Made by a program: the position numbers and the translations under genes
Assembly (NCBI GenBank): GCA_051530055.1
Contig: CM121342.1
Coordinates: 62,001 to 126,000 of the forward strand
Length of the DNA: 64,000 bases
Direction: 5' to 3'
Source of the DNA: Neoechinorhynchus agilis
Lineage: Eukaryota > Animalia > Acanthocephala
Part shown: one piece after another, positions 1 to 13,209 of the stretch
Position numbering within the stretch: the stretch's first letter is position 1
Layout of the letters: the number at the start of each line of letters is the position of its first letter
Notes under the pieces: generated by a model
What the model was told of the DNA's origin: nothing
The model's database searches: none
Seen by the model: only the letters and a program-made list of their open reading frames with translations

Positions 1-190
1 AACGAGGAACGTCTCGCTCACATGACCTACGCCGATGATGTTATCCTCCTGGCCGACGACGCTGAAAGCCTGCAGAAGATGATTGAGATTTTACAAGTGA
101 AGTTGGCATTGAAGAGGCTATGTCTTAACGCTTCAAAATGCCTGATATATAGGCAGACGGTAAGACATTTAGAGGAGCAAAACGCTTGAA
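1..190 (+). mobile_element. RLE-type (R2-like) non-LTR RT fragment, cut by the window edge
   Basis: Frame +1 reads RLAHMTYADDVILLADDAESLQKMIEIL...LCLNASKC (RT YADD motif and following region), similar to the other R2-like copies here. Confidence 0.6.
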
Positions 191-199
191 TGTGAGAAA

Positions 200-1900
200 T
201 TTCGTTAGAAGTGATTGAGGGTGTCGATGAATGTGTAATGATTCTAAGATCATCAGCATGCATGAAGTATTTAGAATAAGATCGTTCAGAAAAATGTTGA
301 AAAGAATGGGGGAGAGAACAGCCCCTTGGAAAAACTCCCTTCTTGATTGCTAAGGTGTTCGAGGCGATGCTCACTATTTCGATAAATTGTAATCTATTGT
401 TTAGAATGCTTAGATGTTCAAGACCAAGAGAGTGAAGATTTGCTATCATTGTATCAATCTCCTGTGATGCCATTTGTAGATTGGCTGAGGTAGGATGTTA
501 GATGCCGATAATGGTTAAATTTCGGCTGCCTGGGCGAAGTTTGAGAGAGAGCGTTATGTTGATTTATTCTGAGTATGGTGATGGGTAAGGAGTTGAGGGA
601 GAGAGGGAGTAAGGGAAGGTCGGACCCAATGAAAATGGTGACGTGGAAAGACGTGTAGCCAAGGATCAAAGCGGTGACGGAATTGGAGGAGTGTAGCTAT
701 GTTTCCACAATGACTAGAATGTCTCCGTTGGTGGTAGTGGCTGAAGGTGAAGGATGATCTATTTTTGGTAACAAAATTCTTATGTCAGTGAAAGAAAATG
801 GAGGGAAATGGCTGTTTGAAAGAGCTTGAAGGGGGATGTAGTTTGCGAGAGTTGATTGTTGGGAGTGTTGGGTGGATATGTTTCTGAGCGGATTTTGAGC
901 GAGTGGCAATGTTTGATTCTGCCAACGTACAGTTGTGAATTTTGGAGATGTCCAAAAATTTACATGTGAGTGTTGAGAGTATGTTTTGGATTGTAATAAG
1001 TTAGCGGAAGGGGAGAGAAGACGGTTATGCATAGGCGAATGATGGATGGAATTTACAGTTTGAAGTTAGCGGTCTTGGTATATTCGGTACGGTAGGGAGG
1101 AATTGACAAGTAAGAAGCGCTTTTGAAGAAAGGAGGATGCGGTGTTTGGAAGATGGAAAGTGATTTTGAATTGACGATTAAGGGAGTTTTTGGAGTTTTT
1201 GTTGGGGATGCGCTGAAAGGAGACCGGGGAAGAAAAATAAAAAAGAATGCAGGAATGAGCTGTCGACAGACAGTATTAAGGTGATGAATGTAGTGTTTCT
1301 GAAGGTCTAATTTGGATAATGTTGTGATTTCGGGGATACTGGAGAGGAAGATGTTATGTGTAGTTCCGTAGTTGAATGATATATTATGATAGGGTTTGTT
1401 GCTAGAGGCCTGTTCCGGTGTTTGTTGAGGAAGATTGGTTTTGCGATAGGCATCAGTGGTAGAGGTGTATGGATGTTTTCGAACTAAAGGTCTTGTGGGA
1501 GAATTTTTTGCGTAAATAATCAAAGAAGGCGGGGAATTTTAATATAGTTTGGTGGACAGTTTTGAGCGAGTTAGGTGGAGAGTTTTGAGAGCTTCGAAAA
1601 GTTTGGGAGCAGGTGGGGATTTTTAGGAGAGGTGGGGCGAATTCAGAGCAACGGGAGATGATGGCAGGGGTGGAGAAGGTGTATCATTACCGAAATGAAT
1701 CACAGGGGTGATTGTTTTTGAGAGTATTCCTCCTGTTGTTCTTGTTTCCAGTCGTTCAGACGTTTCTTCGATCTTTTGTTTGACCGTAGCTATCTTGGTA
1801 GTTACTGAAGGTGAATCGCTTTCGCTTTTCCTATCGTTACCTTTTATTCAATTCACAATATCATACTCCACAGCAATTTTAGGGTCAAGTACTACATGCT
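200..1900 (-). mobile_element. Degenerate CR1/L2-like LINE (RT region)
   Basis: Frameshifted pieces NNRLQFIEI..SNTLAIKKGV.QGAVLSP.LFNIFLNDL..HADDL. Composition is like the 14.6-16.5 kb CR1 copy. Confidence 0.6.
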
Positions 1901-2624
1901 GAGTATCCTCTAAGGCTGGTTGGTACCAAATCCCAAGTAATTGTCGAAATATTCGCAGTGACCGCTTCACTATCCGATTTCAGTAAACCTTTAATTTGTT
2001 TCTTAGAATTCACCTTTGAATCCCTTGCCTGTCACATTTTTGACTTCGACCAAATGTTTAATCTTACGGGCTTCAATTTCGAACTGAATAGCCTCCGCTA
2101 ATATATTTATAACTGTGCTCATGGCTTCAATTAGTGAACCCTTTAGAGTTTAAGTAACTCGTTCAAAGCACTTATTTGGGGCGACATCTAGCTGATAACG
2201 TTGACGAAAAAAGAAAGAAGATGTTAACCGTGACGTTTATAGGACGCTGACGAGCGAGAACGTTGTCGAGAGAGAAACAGATCTTCTATCGTTTTTCACC
2301 AAAAAATCCGTCTCGATGTATTTCATTCCCTCCAAGCAAAGGGAGAGCAATTGGGCACCAGTTTTGGCATGTCCAAAAGGAACAGTAATAAAAGAATCAT
2401 ACTCGGTGGAGTTGAAATGTGGTAGTCAATTATAAAATTCAGATATATTATGAATTATTTTCGTTTCTTGTAATAAGAAAATCAAAGTTCTAAGGATGCG
2501 AACAGTAGTCATCTCGAAAGTGTCTGGAGGCTACCACCATAGCGATTGAAATCACTTGGCCCGATTTCCGAGAATTTAGAAAAACATGATTTTAATCGTG
2601 AAAAGTGATTAAAACTCCTGCCTC

Positions 2625-4450
2625 AAAATGTTTTATCATTTCGTAGCAACTTTGAAGCACCATGGATTTAATTCAGGTGTCTTTATTGAACTTCAATCTT
2701 AACACCAAGTGTCAAAATTCAAAAAGTTACAAGAAACTGCTATTGCAGATTAATTCAGCGTCAAAACTGGTTCTAGAAAAGTTAAATTGATCTAAAATTT
2801 AATGATGCTTTAATATCAATAATCAAGGTTATTAGTCTCAAAATTGAACAAGGAATAACTACAGAACCATGACAACTATCGCAAATCCGAATACAGATTT
2901 GGAATCAGCGCGTTAAGGTGTACTAAACGAACATGATTAATAAACTACAGATGTATTATTAGCATCGGAAATCGCATTATCATATTAGGTCAATAGTCAC
3001 AAGAGTGAAAGATCAATAAATTTGCAAGATTCATGAAAATCTATTAAAACCATTAAAATTAGCGAATCTGATATGCTAAGAATGTTTTATCATTTCGTGG
3101 CCACTTTGAAGCACCATGGATTTAATTCAAGTTTCTTTATTGAACTTCAATCTTAAAACTTAGTGTAAAAATTCAAAAAGTTACAATAAAACCGTTATTG
3201 CAGGTGAATTCAGCGTCAAAAGTAGTTCTAGAGAAGTTAAATATATTTAAAATTTATTGATGTTTTAAAATCAATAATCAAGGTTATTGGTCGTCAAATT
3301 GAACAACGAATAACTACAGAACCATGGCAGCTATAACAAATCAGAATACAGATTTCGAATCAGCGCGTTAAGGTGTACCAAACAAACATCATTAATAAAC
3401 TACAGATGTATTATTCGCATCGGAAATCGCATTATCATATTAGGTCAATAGTCACAAGAGTGAAAGATCACTAAATTTGCAAGATCTTTTAAAATTGGAT
3501 AACACCATTGAAATCAGCGCGTCAGATATGCTTAAACTGATATATCATTTTGTTACCACTTTTAAGCACCATGGATATAATTGAGGTGTCTTATATGAAC
3601 TAGAATCTTCAAACTTAGTGTCAAAATTTAACAAGCAACAAGAAACCGTTATTGCAGGTGTATTCAGCGTAAAAAGAAGATCTAGAAAAGTTAATTCTAT
3701 CTTAAATTTATTGATGTTTTAATATCAATAATCAAGGTTATAGGTCAAAAAATTGAACAACGAATAACTCAAGAACCATGACAGCTGACGAAGATCCGAT
3801 TACAGATTTGGAATCAGCGCGTAAGGGTGTACTAAATGAGCGGATCTAGCAAACTACCGCTGTATTATTCACGTCGGTAATCGCATGATCATATTTGGTC
3901 AAAAGTCACAAGGATGAAAGATTATTAAATTTACAAGAATCATTAAAACATGATAACACCATTGAAATCAGCGCGTCAGATATGCTCAAATTGATATATC
4001 ATATTGTTATCACTTTTAAGCACCATGGATATAATTCAGGTGTCTCATATGAACTAGAATCTTAAAACAAAGTGTCACAATTTAACAAGCAACAAGAAGC
4101 CGTTATTGCAGGTGTATTCAGCATAAAAAGTAGGTATAGAAAAGTTAATTTGATTTGAAATTTGTTGATGTTTTAATATCAATAATCAAGGTTATAAGTC
4201 TCAGAATTGAACAACGAATAACTAAAGAACCATGAAAGCTATCGCAGATCTGAACACATATTAGGAATCAGCGCGTAAAGATGTACTAAGATGTACATAA
4301 TGAACTGATTTAGGAAACTACAGCTATATTATTCACGTCCGTACTCGCATGATAAAATTTGGTCAAAGGTCACAATAGTGAAAGATCACCAAATTTGCAA
4401 GATTCATTAAAATTAAATAGCACCATTGAAATCCGCGCGTCAAATATGGT
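2625..4450. repeat. Tandem satellite, ~455-bp unit, ~4 copies
   Basis: AAGCACCATGGAT recurs at ~2655, 3108, 3563 and 4018; TTGAACAA.GAATAACT recurs at ~2844, 3299, 3754 and 4208. Confidence 0.9.
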
Positions 4451-4454
4451 AAAA

Positions 4455-7400
4455 TTTATAAACATTACCAATCAAATAAAGATTCGAAATTTGAAAACGC
4501 ATTCGTGTGGCTACCCCTCAGTGCTTAACTTCAATTTAGGCGCGCTTTTGGAAAACATTATCAATCAAATAAAAATTCGAAATTATAAAACGCATTCGTG
4601 TGCTCACTCTTAGTAATTTACTTAAATTAGAAGCACTTTTGGAATACATTATCAATCAAATAAAGACAAGAGAACACAAAATTCATACGTGTACTCACTC
4701 TTAGATCTTTACTTGAATTTATACGCGCTTTTGGAAAACATTATAAATCAAATAAAACCTCGAAATTTTAAAACGCATTCGTGTGCTTCCGCTCAGTGCT
4801 TAACTTTAATTTAGGCGCGCTTTTGGAAAACATTATCAATCAAATAAAAACGAGAGATTACTTAATGAATACGTGCACCCACTCTTGGATCTTTACTTTA
4901 ATTTAGACGGGCTTTTGGAAAACATAATATATCAAATAAAAATTCGAAATTTTGAAACGCATTCGTGTGCTCATTCTTAGTTCTTTACTTAAATTAGATA
5001 GACGCGCTTTTAAAAAACTTTATCAATCAAATAAAAACAAGTTTTTACAAAATGCACACGCGTACTTACTCTTAGATCTTTACTTTAATTTAAACACGCT
5101 TTTGGAAAACATTTTCAATACAATAAAAATTCGAAATTTGAAAACGCATTCGTGTGCTCATTCACAGTTCTACACTTTAATTTAGACACGCTTTTGGAAA
5201 ACATTATCAGTTAAATATTATCTCGAAATTTGAAAACGCATTCGTGCGCTCGCTCTTAGTGCTTCAATTAAATTAGACGCGCTCTTGGAAAACATTATCA
5301 TTCAAATAAAAACAAGAGATTACAAAATGCATAAGTGTACTCACTCCTAGATCTTTACTTCAATTTCGATGCACTTTTGGAAAACATTATCAATCAAATA
5401 AAAACTCGCAATTCTAAAACGCATTCGTTTGCTCACTCTTAGTGCTTGACTAACTTAGACGCGCTTTTGGAAAACATTATCAATCAAATAAAAACAAGAG
5501 ATTAAAAAATTCATGCGTGTACTCACTCTTAGATCTTTACTTGAATTTAGACGCGCTTTTGGAAAACATTATCAATCAAATAAAATCTCGAAATTTGAAA
5601 ACGCATTCGTGTGCTCACTCACAGTTCTACACTTTAATTTATATACGCTTCTGGAAAACATTATCAATTAAATATTATCCCGAAATTTGAAAACGCATTC
5701 GTTCGCTCGCTCTAAGTGCTTCAATTAACTTAGACGCGCTTTTGGAATACATTATCAATCAAATAAAAACAAGCGATTACAAAATGCATACGTGTACAAA
5801 CTTTTAGATCTTTACTTTAATTTGGACACGCTTCTGGAAAACATTACCAATTAAATAAAGATCCGAAACTTGAAAACGCATTCCTGTGCTCACTCTTAGT
5901 GCTTCACTTAAATTAGACGAACTTCTGAAAAACATTATAAATCAAATAAAGACAAGAGATTACAAAATTCATACGTGTACTCACTCTTAGATCTTTACTT
6001 GAATTTATACGCGCTTTAGGAAAAAATTATCAATCAAATAAAGACAAGAGATTACAAAATGCATTCGTGAACTCACTGATACATCGTTACCTTAACTTGG
6101 ACACGCTTTTGGAAAACATTATCAATCAAATAAAAGCAAGAGATAACAAAATGCAGACGTATACCCACTATTAGATCTATACTTTAATTTAGACGTGCTT
6201 TTGGAAAACATTATCAATCAAATAAAAACTCGAAATTTGAAAACGAGTTCGTGTGCTCGCTCTTAGTTATACACTTAAATTAGACGCGCTTTTGGAAAAC
6301 CTTATCAATAAAATAAAAACAAGAGATTACAAAATGCATACTTGTGCTCGATGTTAGATCTTTACTATAATATGGACGCGCTTTTGCAAAACATTATCAA
6401 TCAAATAAAAATTCGAAATTTGAAAACGCGTTCGTGTTCTCACTCTTAGTGCTTCACTTAAATTAGACGCGCTCTAGGAAAACATTGTCAATCAAATAAA
6501 AAGAAGAGATGACAAAATGCATACGTGTACTCACTCTTAGATCTTTACTTTAATTTAGACGCGCCTTTGGAAAACATTATTAATATAATAAAATCTCGAT
6601 ATTTGAAAATGCATTCGTGTTCTCACTCTCAGTGCTTAACTTTAATTTAGGCGCGCTTTTGGAAAACATCATCAATCAAATAAAAATTCGAAATTTGAAA
6701 ACGCATTCGTGTGCTCACGCTTTGTGCTTAACTTAAATTAGACGCGCTCTGACAAAACATTGTCAATCAAATAAAAACAAGAGATAACAAAATGCATACG
6801 TGTACTCACTCCTAGATCTTTACTTTAATTTAGAAACGCTTTTGGAAAACATTATCAATGAAACAAAAATTCGAAATTTGAAAACGCATTCGTGTGCTCA
6901 CTTTTAGTGCTTCACTTAAATTTGACGAACTTTTTGAAAACATTACCAATCAAATAAAAAAAGAGATTTGAAAACGCATTCGTGTACTCACTGTTAGTTC
7001 TTCACTTAAATTTAGACGCTCTTTTCGAAAAGATTATCAATCAATTAAAAAAAGAGATTTTAAAACGCATTAATGTACTCACTCTTAGTGCTTAACTTTA
7101 ATTTGGACGCGCATTTGAAAAACATAATCAATCATATAAAAGCTCTTGATTAAAAACGCATCCGTGTACACACTCATTGATCTTCTCCTAAATTTAGACG
7201 CGCTTTCGGAAAACATTATCAATCAAATTAAAACTCGAGATTTGAAAATTCATTCGTGTGCTTATTGTTTGTGGTTAACTTTAATTAAGACGCGCTTTTA
7301 TAAAATATTATCAATACAATAAAGACCAGATTTGAAGACGCATTCGTGTACTCACTCTAAGATCTTCACTTTAATTTAGGCGCGCTTTTAGAAAACATTA

Positions 7401-7930
7401 TCTATTCAATAAAAACTCGAGATTTGAAAGCGCACTCGTACACTTACTCTCAGCGCTCCACATTAATTTAGACGCGCTTTTGGAAAACACTATCACTATA
7501 ATAAAAACTGGAGATTTGAAAACGCATTCGTGTACCCACTCTTAGTGCTTCGGTGTAATATAGAGGCGCTTTTGGAAAACATAATCAGTAAAACAAAAAC
7601 TCGAGATTTGAAAACGCATTCATTTACTCACTCATAGTACTTTGCTTTAATTTAGACGCGCTTTTGGAAAACATTATCAATGCAATAAAAACAAGAAAAT
7701 TTTTTACGCATTCGTGTACTCACACCTTGTGCTTCACTTCAATCTAGACGCGCTTTCGGAACACATTTTCAATCAAATAAAACAAGAGATTTGAAAACGC
7801 ATTCGTTTACTCACTCTTTGTGCTTCGCTTTAATTTGGACGCGCTTTTGGAAGACATTATCAATTTAATAAAAACTGGAGATTTGAAAACGCGTTCGAAT
7901 ACTCACTCTTTGTGCTTCGCTTTAATTTGG
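4455..7930. repeat. Tandem satellite, ~91-92-bp monomer, ~38 copies, two alternating subtypes
   Basis: TTTTGGAAAACATTATCAATCAAATAAA recurs every 91-92 bp (about 4546, 4638, 4729, 4820, 4912 and onward). Confidence 0.95.
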
Positions 7931-9445
7931 AGCAGAAATAAAATTTGTAGAGATCGGGTGAAGGGGTTGATTCCGCGAGCTTCTTATAGTCGTTAGATTC
8001 GCTTACCAGCCTTTTCAACGCGTTGGAACGATTCGCCATCTCTCGCAGGGCTATTCGTCTCGAATCGATAACCGAGAGCAAGATGGATTTAAACCCGAGT
8101 CCGTCTCTAGAGAGTGGTAGGAAGATTACTCCGTCGTTCAAGTAGTGAGGTAGGAAAAGCAGCCTCTTCAAACGGACTCTCCAGTACTGATCCAAATATG
8201 TTAAACTCGTCAGTGAAATATCTTGCGCTGCTTGAAGTCTGAAAAGCACGCTTGGGAGGCCGTAGTCGTTTATTAAGTGTGCCGACTAAGTAGGGCTGAG
8301 GCCGGTTTGTCTTGTAGCTCTAAAGAGATCGTCGATGGCTTTCTTCATAGATGGAAGGTCGGTATCCTTAAATGGCGTTCCGCCCAAGTACTTGATTGGA
8401 TCGCCGTCGAGTATGGTATTAATCGTATCCGTTCCAACCTTGATGCTAGGACGATACTCAATCACCATTTTCCATTCCTGAAGTTTTGGATGCAGGATGC
8501 GCACTTCTGCGCACTCAACGACAGTCCCATTGAGCCCAAGAGGTCGACTGTAAGGCCTATCGTATGGTTCAGTTGCTCCGCATTGTCTGCCATGATTAGC
8601 ATGTCGTCGGCGTATATTAGATGCGATATCCTGCCTGTGCCAAGGTCTATGCCTATGTTGTCCTGTCCGAGCTTACCAACTAGCGTGTCGACGCAGGCGG
8701 CGAATAAGAACGGTGACAGTGGATCGCCTTGTGTTACCCCTCTAGAGATCCTAATCGGACCGATTGGTTTGCTAGCAGGATGGTTAATAGAGGTCTGTCC
8801 GGTGTTTAGCATATTTCTAACATATCGCTTGATGTAATGCGGGCAACCAAGATTCGTCAGACCGTTGACAACCGCACCGTGGCACACCGTATCAAACGCG
8901 GACTTTATATCCAGAACTGCGAGAGCTAGTGGACGTTTGTTAGACCTTGTGTAGCGGATAATGTTTCTTAACGTCATTAAATTGGTTAAGCATGCAGCTG
9001 AGCCGAACGCTGTCTGACCCCCCGAGAAACTTGTCGAGTTTCCCAGCCTTGACAAAACGATCCTGTGAAGCACTCTCAGTAAGATCGAAGACATTGTGAT
9101 CGGACGCCAATCTCCGATAGTTCCTATGGATTCGTCGTTCGCACTGTTCTTAGGTAGGAGGACTGTTTTGCACATGTTCCACGAGCGAGGGCAATCTCCG
9201 CATTGCAGTATCGCATTGAACAGGACGCACGCGAAAGTCAGCTTATTATCGAACCGACTTATGTCTCTGAGTGAGATTCGGTTGGAACCGGGCGAAGACG
9301 ACGACTTCACTCCCCTCATTGCAAGACGTACTTCCTCGATTGAAACTGGCGGAAAGGGGATTGCCGGTTCTAAAACCCGCGGGTACGACGAGTCGGGTTC
9401 GTGACCTCCGAAGAGTTGTTTGAAGTGGTCAGCGACGAGCGAGGG
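7931..9445 (-). mobile_element. R2-like RLE element copy A, RT and thumb only, truncated at both ends
   Basis: ORF 8462..9319 has WRPIT, LDIKSAFD, GVTQGDPLSP and IYADD; ORF 7860..8249 has the thumb motif IFLPLSRDGLGF. Confidence 0.9.
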
Positions 9446-12400
9446 TTTTGGCTACTACCTCTTTGATGCACTTATAGTATGCTTCTTTTTGTGCAGCGAT
9501 TTCTTCGGCTCTGGTTTTTGTTGTTTCATAATAAACGGCGAAATCAATTATGTAAGCACGTTTCTCCGAGTTTTCGATTAGTATCAAATCGGGCTTATAA
9601 AGCCGTCCTCCGGGGTCGTGCACTCGGTTATCTGTGTGACATTCATAGCGTGAGCCCCACCGTTTTTTAACGCCCATATAAAGCGTTTCTGCACCGCGTC
9701 GTGGCGCTCAATCATAGCCTGTGTGATTCTAATGCATTCGTTGAATGCATGTAGTTGGCTCTCGATTTGTGCTGTGCAATGTCTGCATTTTTTGTTCTGT
9801 TTTTGTCCATTCGCTGCAGGTTTGCGCCCACCTCAAGCATATTGTATCTTGTCTTTACCAGTTCGACGTATTGGTGATGATTGTCCTGCCGGTAGCGGAA
9901 TGATAATGTCTAGTGGTCGAAATGGCCGTTGGTAAAGGCATCGATTCCTTGCGACTGTGTTGAAGTCTGTCGCCACTTATTCTCCTGATTTCGTATGAAA
10001 TATTGGTGCATTGTTTTTGATGATTTATTGTAAGATGCACCGCCAATAGTTAAGAGATAGTTGTCGATCTGTGTTTTTTGCTTCGTTTCCTTAATGAGTT
10101 CCGGGTAGCGACGCTCCACTGCATTAAGACAATTCAAACGGGCTGTCAGTATTGAGTACTTGATGGAAGTGAAACCAAGCCCTCCTCTGCTCAATGGTAA
10201 AAACATGATCCCGTCATTTGTTGAATGCGGCAGGAACAGCAGTTTTTTTAGTCGAGTCCTCCAGACATGCTCTAATTGCTCAAGGGCCGTGATGGAAAGA
10301 TCGTGGGCAGCTTGAAGCGACGAGATTAAGGCAAATATTCCGTAATCATTTAAGAGATGAGCCGATTGTGTTGGGCTAAACCCTGTTTTTTTTCGTACAA
10401 TTGAAAAGCCAATTAACTTCTTCGATCGCAGATGATACTTCGGAATTTTTCCAAGGCCTGTTGCCCAAGTACTTAACGTTGTCTCCGTCTAGGATTGTGT
10501 CAAGTTCAACGTTGCCTATTTTAACAGCAGGTACCACGTCGATCACCAACTTGTTATTCACAAAACGGTGCGAGTAAGAACGGCATTTGCTTGGTGAGGG
10601 TTGCAGTCCCTTTTTGGCGAGGCCTTCATGAATTATATCTAGCATTGTTTGCAGCTCTGAGGGATTATCCGCCATCAGTAGAATGTCGTCAGCATATACT
10701 AGCTGGTTTATCCGCCCAAATTTGGTTGAGCATCCGGTCCCTAACTTATCTACTTGGCGTAGTACATCATCGATACAAAGTGCAAACACTAGAGGTGAAA
10801 GCGGATCCCCTTGTTTGACTCCCTGACGGAATGCGATGGGGTCGGAAGGTTTTGCGCTTGAGAGGTGAACCCTTGTATAAGACGATACGAATATTTCCAT
10901 TAGGTAGCGTCGTAGATGGTCAGGACATCCATGCTGGAATAAAGCTTCGTTTATTGTGCGGTGGCTCACTGTATCGAAAGCGGCGGTAATGTCCAATATA
11001 GCAAGTGCCATTGTTTTCTTTTCAAGTCGTTTAGCTTTTACACATTCCTTCAATATGAAAGAGTTCGCGAGACATGCCGAACTGTCGGAAGCTGATTGGC
11101 TGGTATGTAGTTCGATTGACTTCTTAAGCCGCTCAGCAATGAGTCGGTGAAAAATTCTTAAAATAACCGACGAGATTGTTATGGGCCTCCAATTCGCTAT
11201 CGATTTTAACTCTTCGTCAGTCTTCCCATTTTTTGGCAGCAATAATGTCTTATTCTCTAGCCACGCGCGAGGAGGTTTTCTTGCTTGTAGAATAAAATTG
11301 AAAAGCGTGGTTAAGCCGGCCAGGTGTTTATCAAATGCTCTTATGCTCCTTACTGAAACTTTGTCGACACCTAGTGCGCTGTTGGATTTGATACCTTTCA
11401 TTACCGCCTCTATCTCTTCGGCCGTGACGGCGTGCCAGAGCTCTGGTATGCCTGGTTGGTGTTCCAATCGTGGCGCCGGAATGTACTCATGTGTTCCTTC
11501 AAAGACAGAGCGTAGATGCTGCACTATCGAGTCGGAGTTGTGTGTCGGTTGGCGTCTTTCATCGGATTTGAATATCTGATTTGCCAGACGGCTGGTGTTA
11601 TTGAAGTACAGGGCTCGATAGCGTCTTCGCATAAGTTCCAGTGACTGCCTTCTGTTTAATCCGCGTGAGCGCTCGCATGGGTAGCATCCTGACTCGTCAA
11701 TCCAAACATTATAAGACGTTTTTGTCACTACTCGGGACCGAATACGTCTGGGATTTTCCGAGTGTTCGGTGTTTACTACGAACTCACAACGGTAGGCTGA
11801 GGCTGCACTCCACAGAATGAATTCCTTCGAGATTTCCTGGTCCCTTTGAAGCCCAGTAACCATCTCCTCCAAGTTAACGTTCGCGTCTCGTATATTTCCT
11901 GCGATTCTCTGAAAATGCTCGGGGTCCCCGTTTATTTTATCCAATTCCTCCACTGAGCTGGATTCTTGCTCACATGAAATGCAATTGTTGCCATCGTTTG
12001 GATTGAAGATCGCCTTATTTTAATAATTTTTAGACCCAGTGACTTCGCTTTAGACATAATAGAATTTCCGCCAGACTGGTGCCTTCCAGGGTTAAGATAT
12101 CGGGTATAACGCTCACATACTGCGTTCACAAAATCTTGTCCAACATGGGTATCGCAATTACGCATCTCCTCACTTTCACTCTCTAAGAATCGCCTGTACC
12201 GACGGTGGAGCTATGGCCTCTTCAGGCAGTCATTTTAGAATTCCAGCGGTTCAGCTGTTGTAAAAGAGCCTGCGGACAGATCGCTCATATTCTGAGAAAA
12301 AACGCAAGAGTCTAAGGATTTACTTCTTGTTGTATCGTAAAATCCGGTCCCATTACTGCAATTATATGGGTTCGCAACTTGAATGCTGACCTCGCTGGGT

Positions 12401-13209
12401 TGGTTCCGAGTGTTATAGGAATCTGGGAACATAGTTTGGCATAGCCGACTGTCTTCATGGTCGTCGCTGTCTGAGATAAGCGTACCTTCGCGGTTGCAGA
12501 ACGCTGGTATTTCTGCCACCTTCGAACTTGCGGCTGTACTTAAAAGGCACGCCTTGCTGTCCTCCATGGATAAGTCCGTTCTATGACTGTCGATTGTATC
12601 TACACTGCTAACTGACAACGGATCTGCTGCTAATAAAGGTCCGATCGTTTCGTCCGTAGTTTCCGTAATTCCGACACTGACCGAAGGGGGCGTAGGTGCA
12701 TCGCCATCTTTGGTAATTGCTAAGCTACACTGATTGCAATGTGAACGCACAGCCGGTAGATTTCGAAAAGATTTGAGGCAGTTACAGCAAAGAAACGTTA
12801 TTGTCTTGGCGCCATGCGAGCTTTTTGCGTGTGCCATAATACTGTTGTACCGCCCAATGCCTAAGAGAGACAACTGGCAGGCGGGACACCTAGCCGGCGT
12901 GTCATCTATGTTTGAGTACATTATGCTTACGGAATCCCTGCGTTCCGAGTGAGGTGATTTTGTCGACGCTTCAGTCATTAACTGTCGATATCTGTTCGGG
13001 TATTTTTCCTTGCATCTTCTCAAATGGATACCCACACTGCGAGATTCAATGTGTTCGTAGTTATCACATAATGGGCACTGCCAGGCTGCTACGACGGTGT
13101 TATGTTGTGCTCTTAGGTGCTCTATATGTAGCTTGTTTCGCGTTCGGCCTATGAATTGATCCTCACACAAATGGCAAGCAATATTTTGGACCTCTGTCGA
13201 CAAGTAACG
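9446..13209 (-). mobile_element. R2-like RLE element copy B, near full length but frameshifted (4 ZF, OTU-like domain, RT, CCHC, RLE)
   Basis: ZFs in ORF 12235..13263; RT in 10376..11953 (GVKQGDPLSP, YADD); CRHC..ESQLH..NEC knuckle near 9700-9790; RLE KPDL..IIDFAVYYE..K..Y in 9429..9677. Confidence 0.92.

Noticed and set aside
2280-2390. Short similarity to 38580-38665 (CATTCCCTCCAAGCAAAGGGA.AGCAATTG)
   Set aside because: Real but under 100 bp, with no termini or coding signal, so it cannot be classified.
4455-7930. CRISPR-like regular array
   Set aside because: Whole monomers are homologous with no unique spacers, there are no cas genes, and the context is eukaryotic. It is a satellite.
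8277-8837. Long plus-strand ORFs opposite RT genes (also 11181..11579, 48771..49157, 54276..54731, 55996..56520)
   Set aside because: Antisense shadows of RT coding sequence with no recognisable motifs.
9446-13209. Calling copy B an R9 or R5 ortholog
   Set aside because: The 3' junction is missing, sister copies use the R2 site, and no phylogeny could be run.
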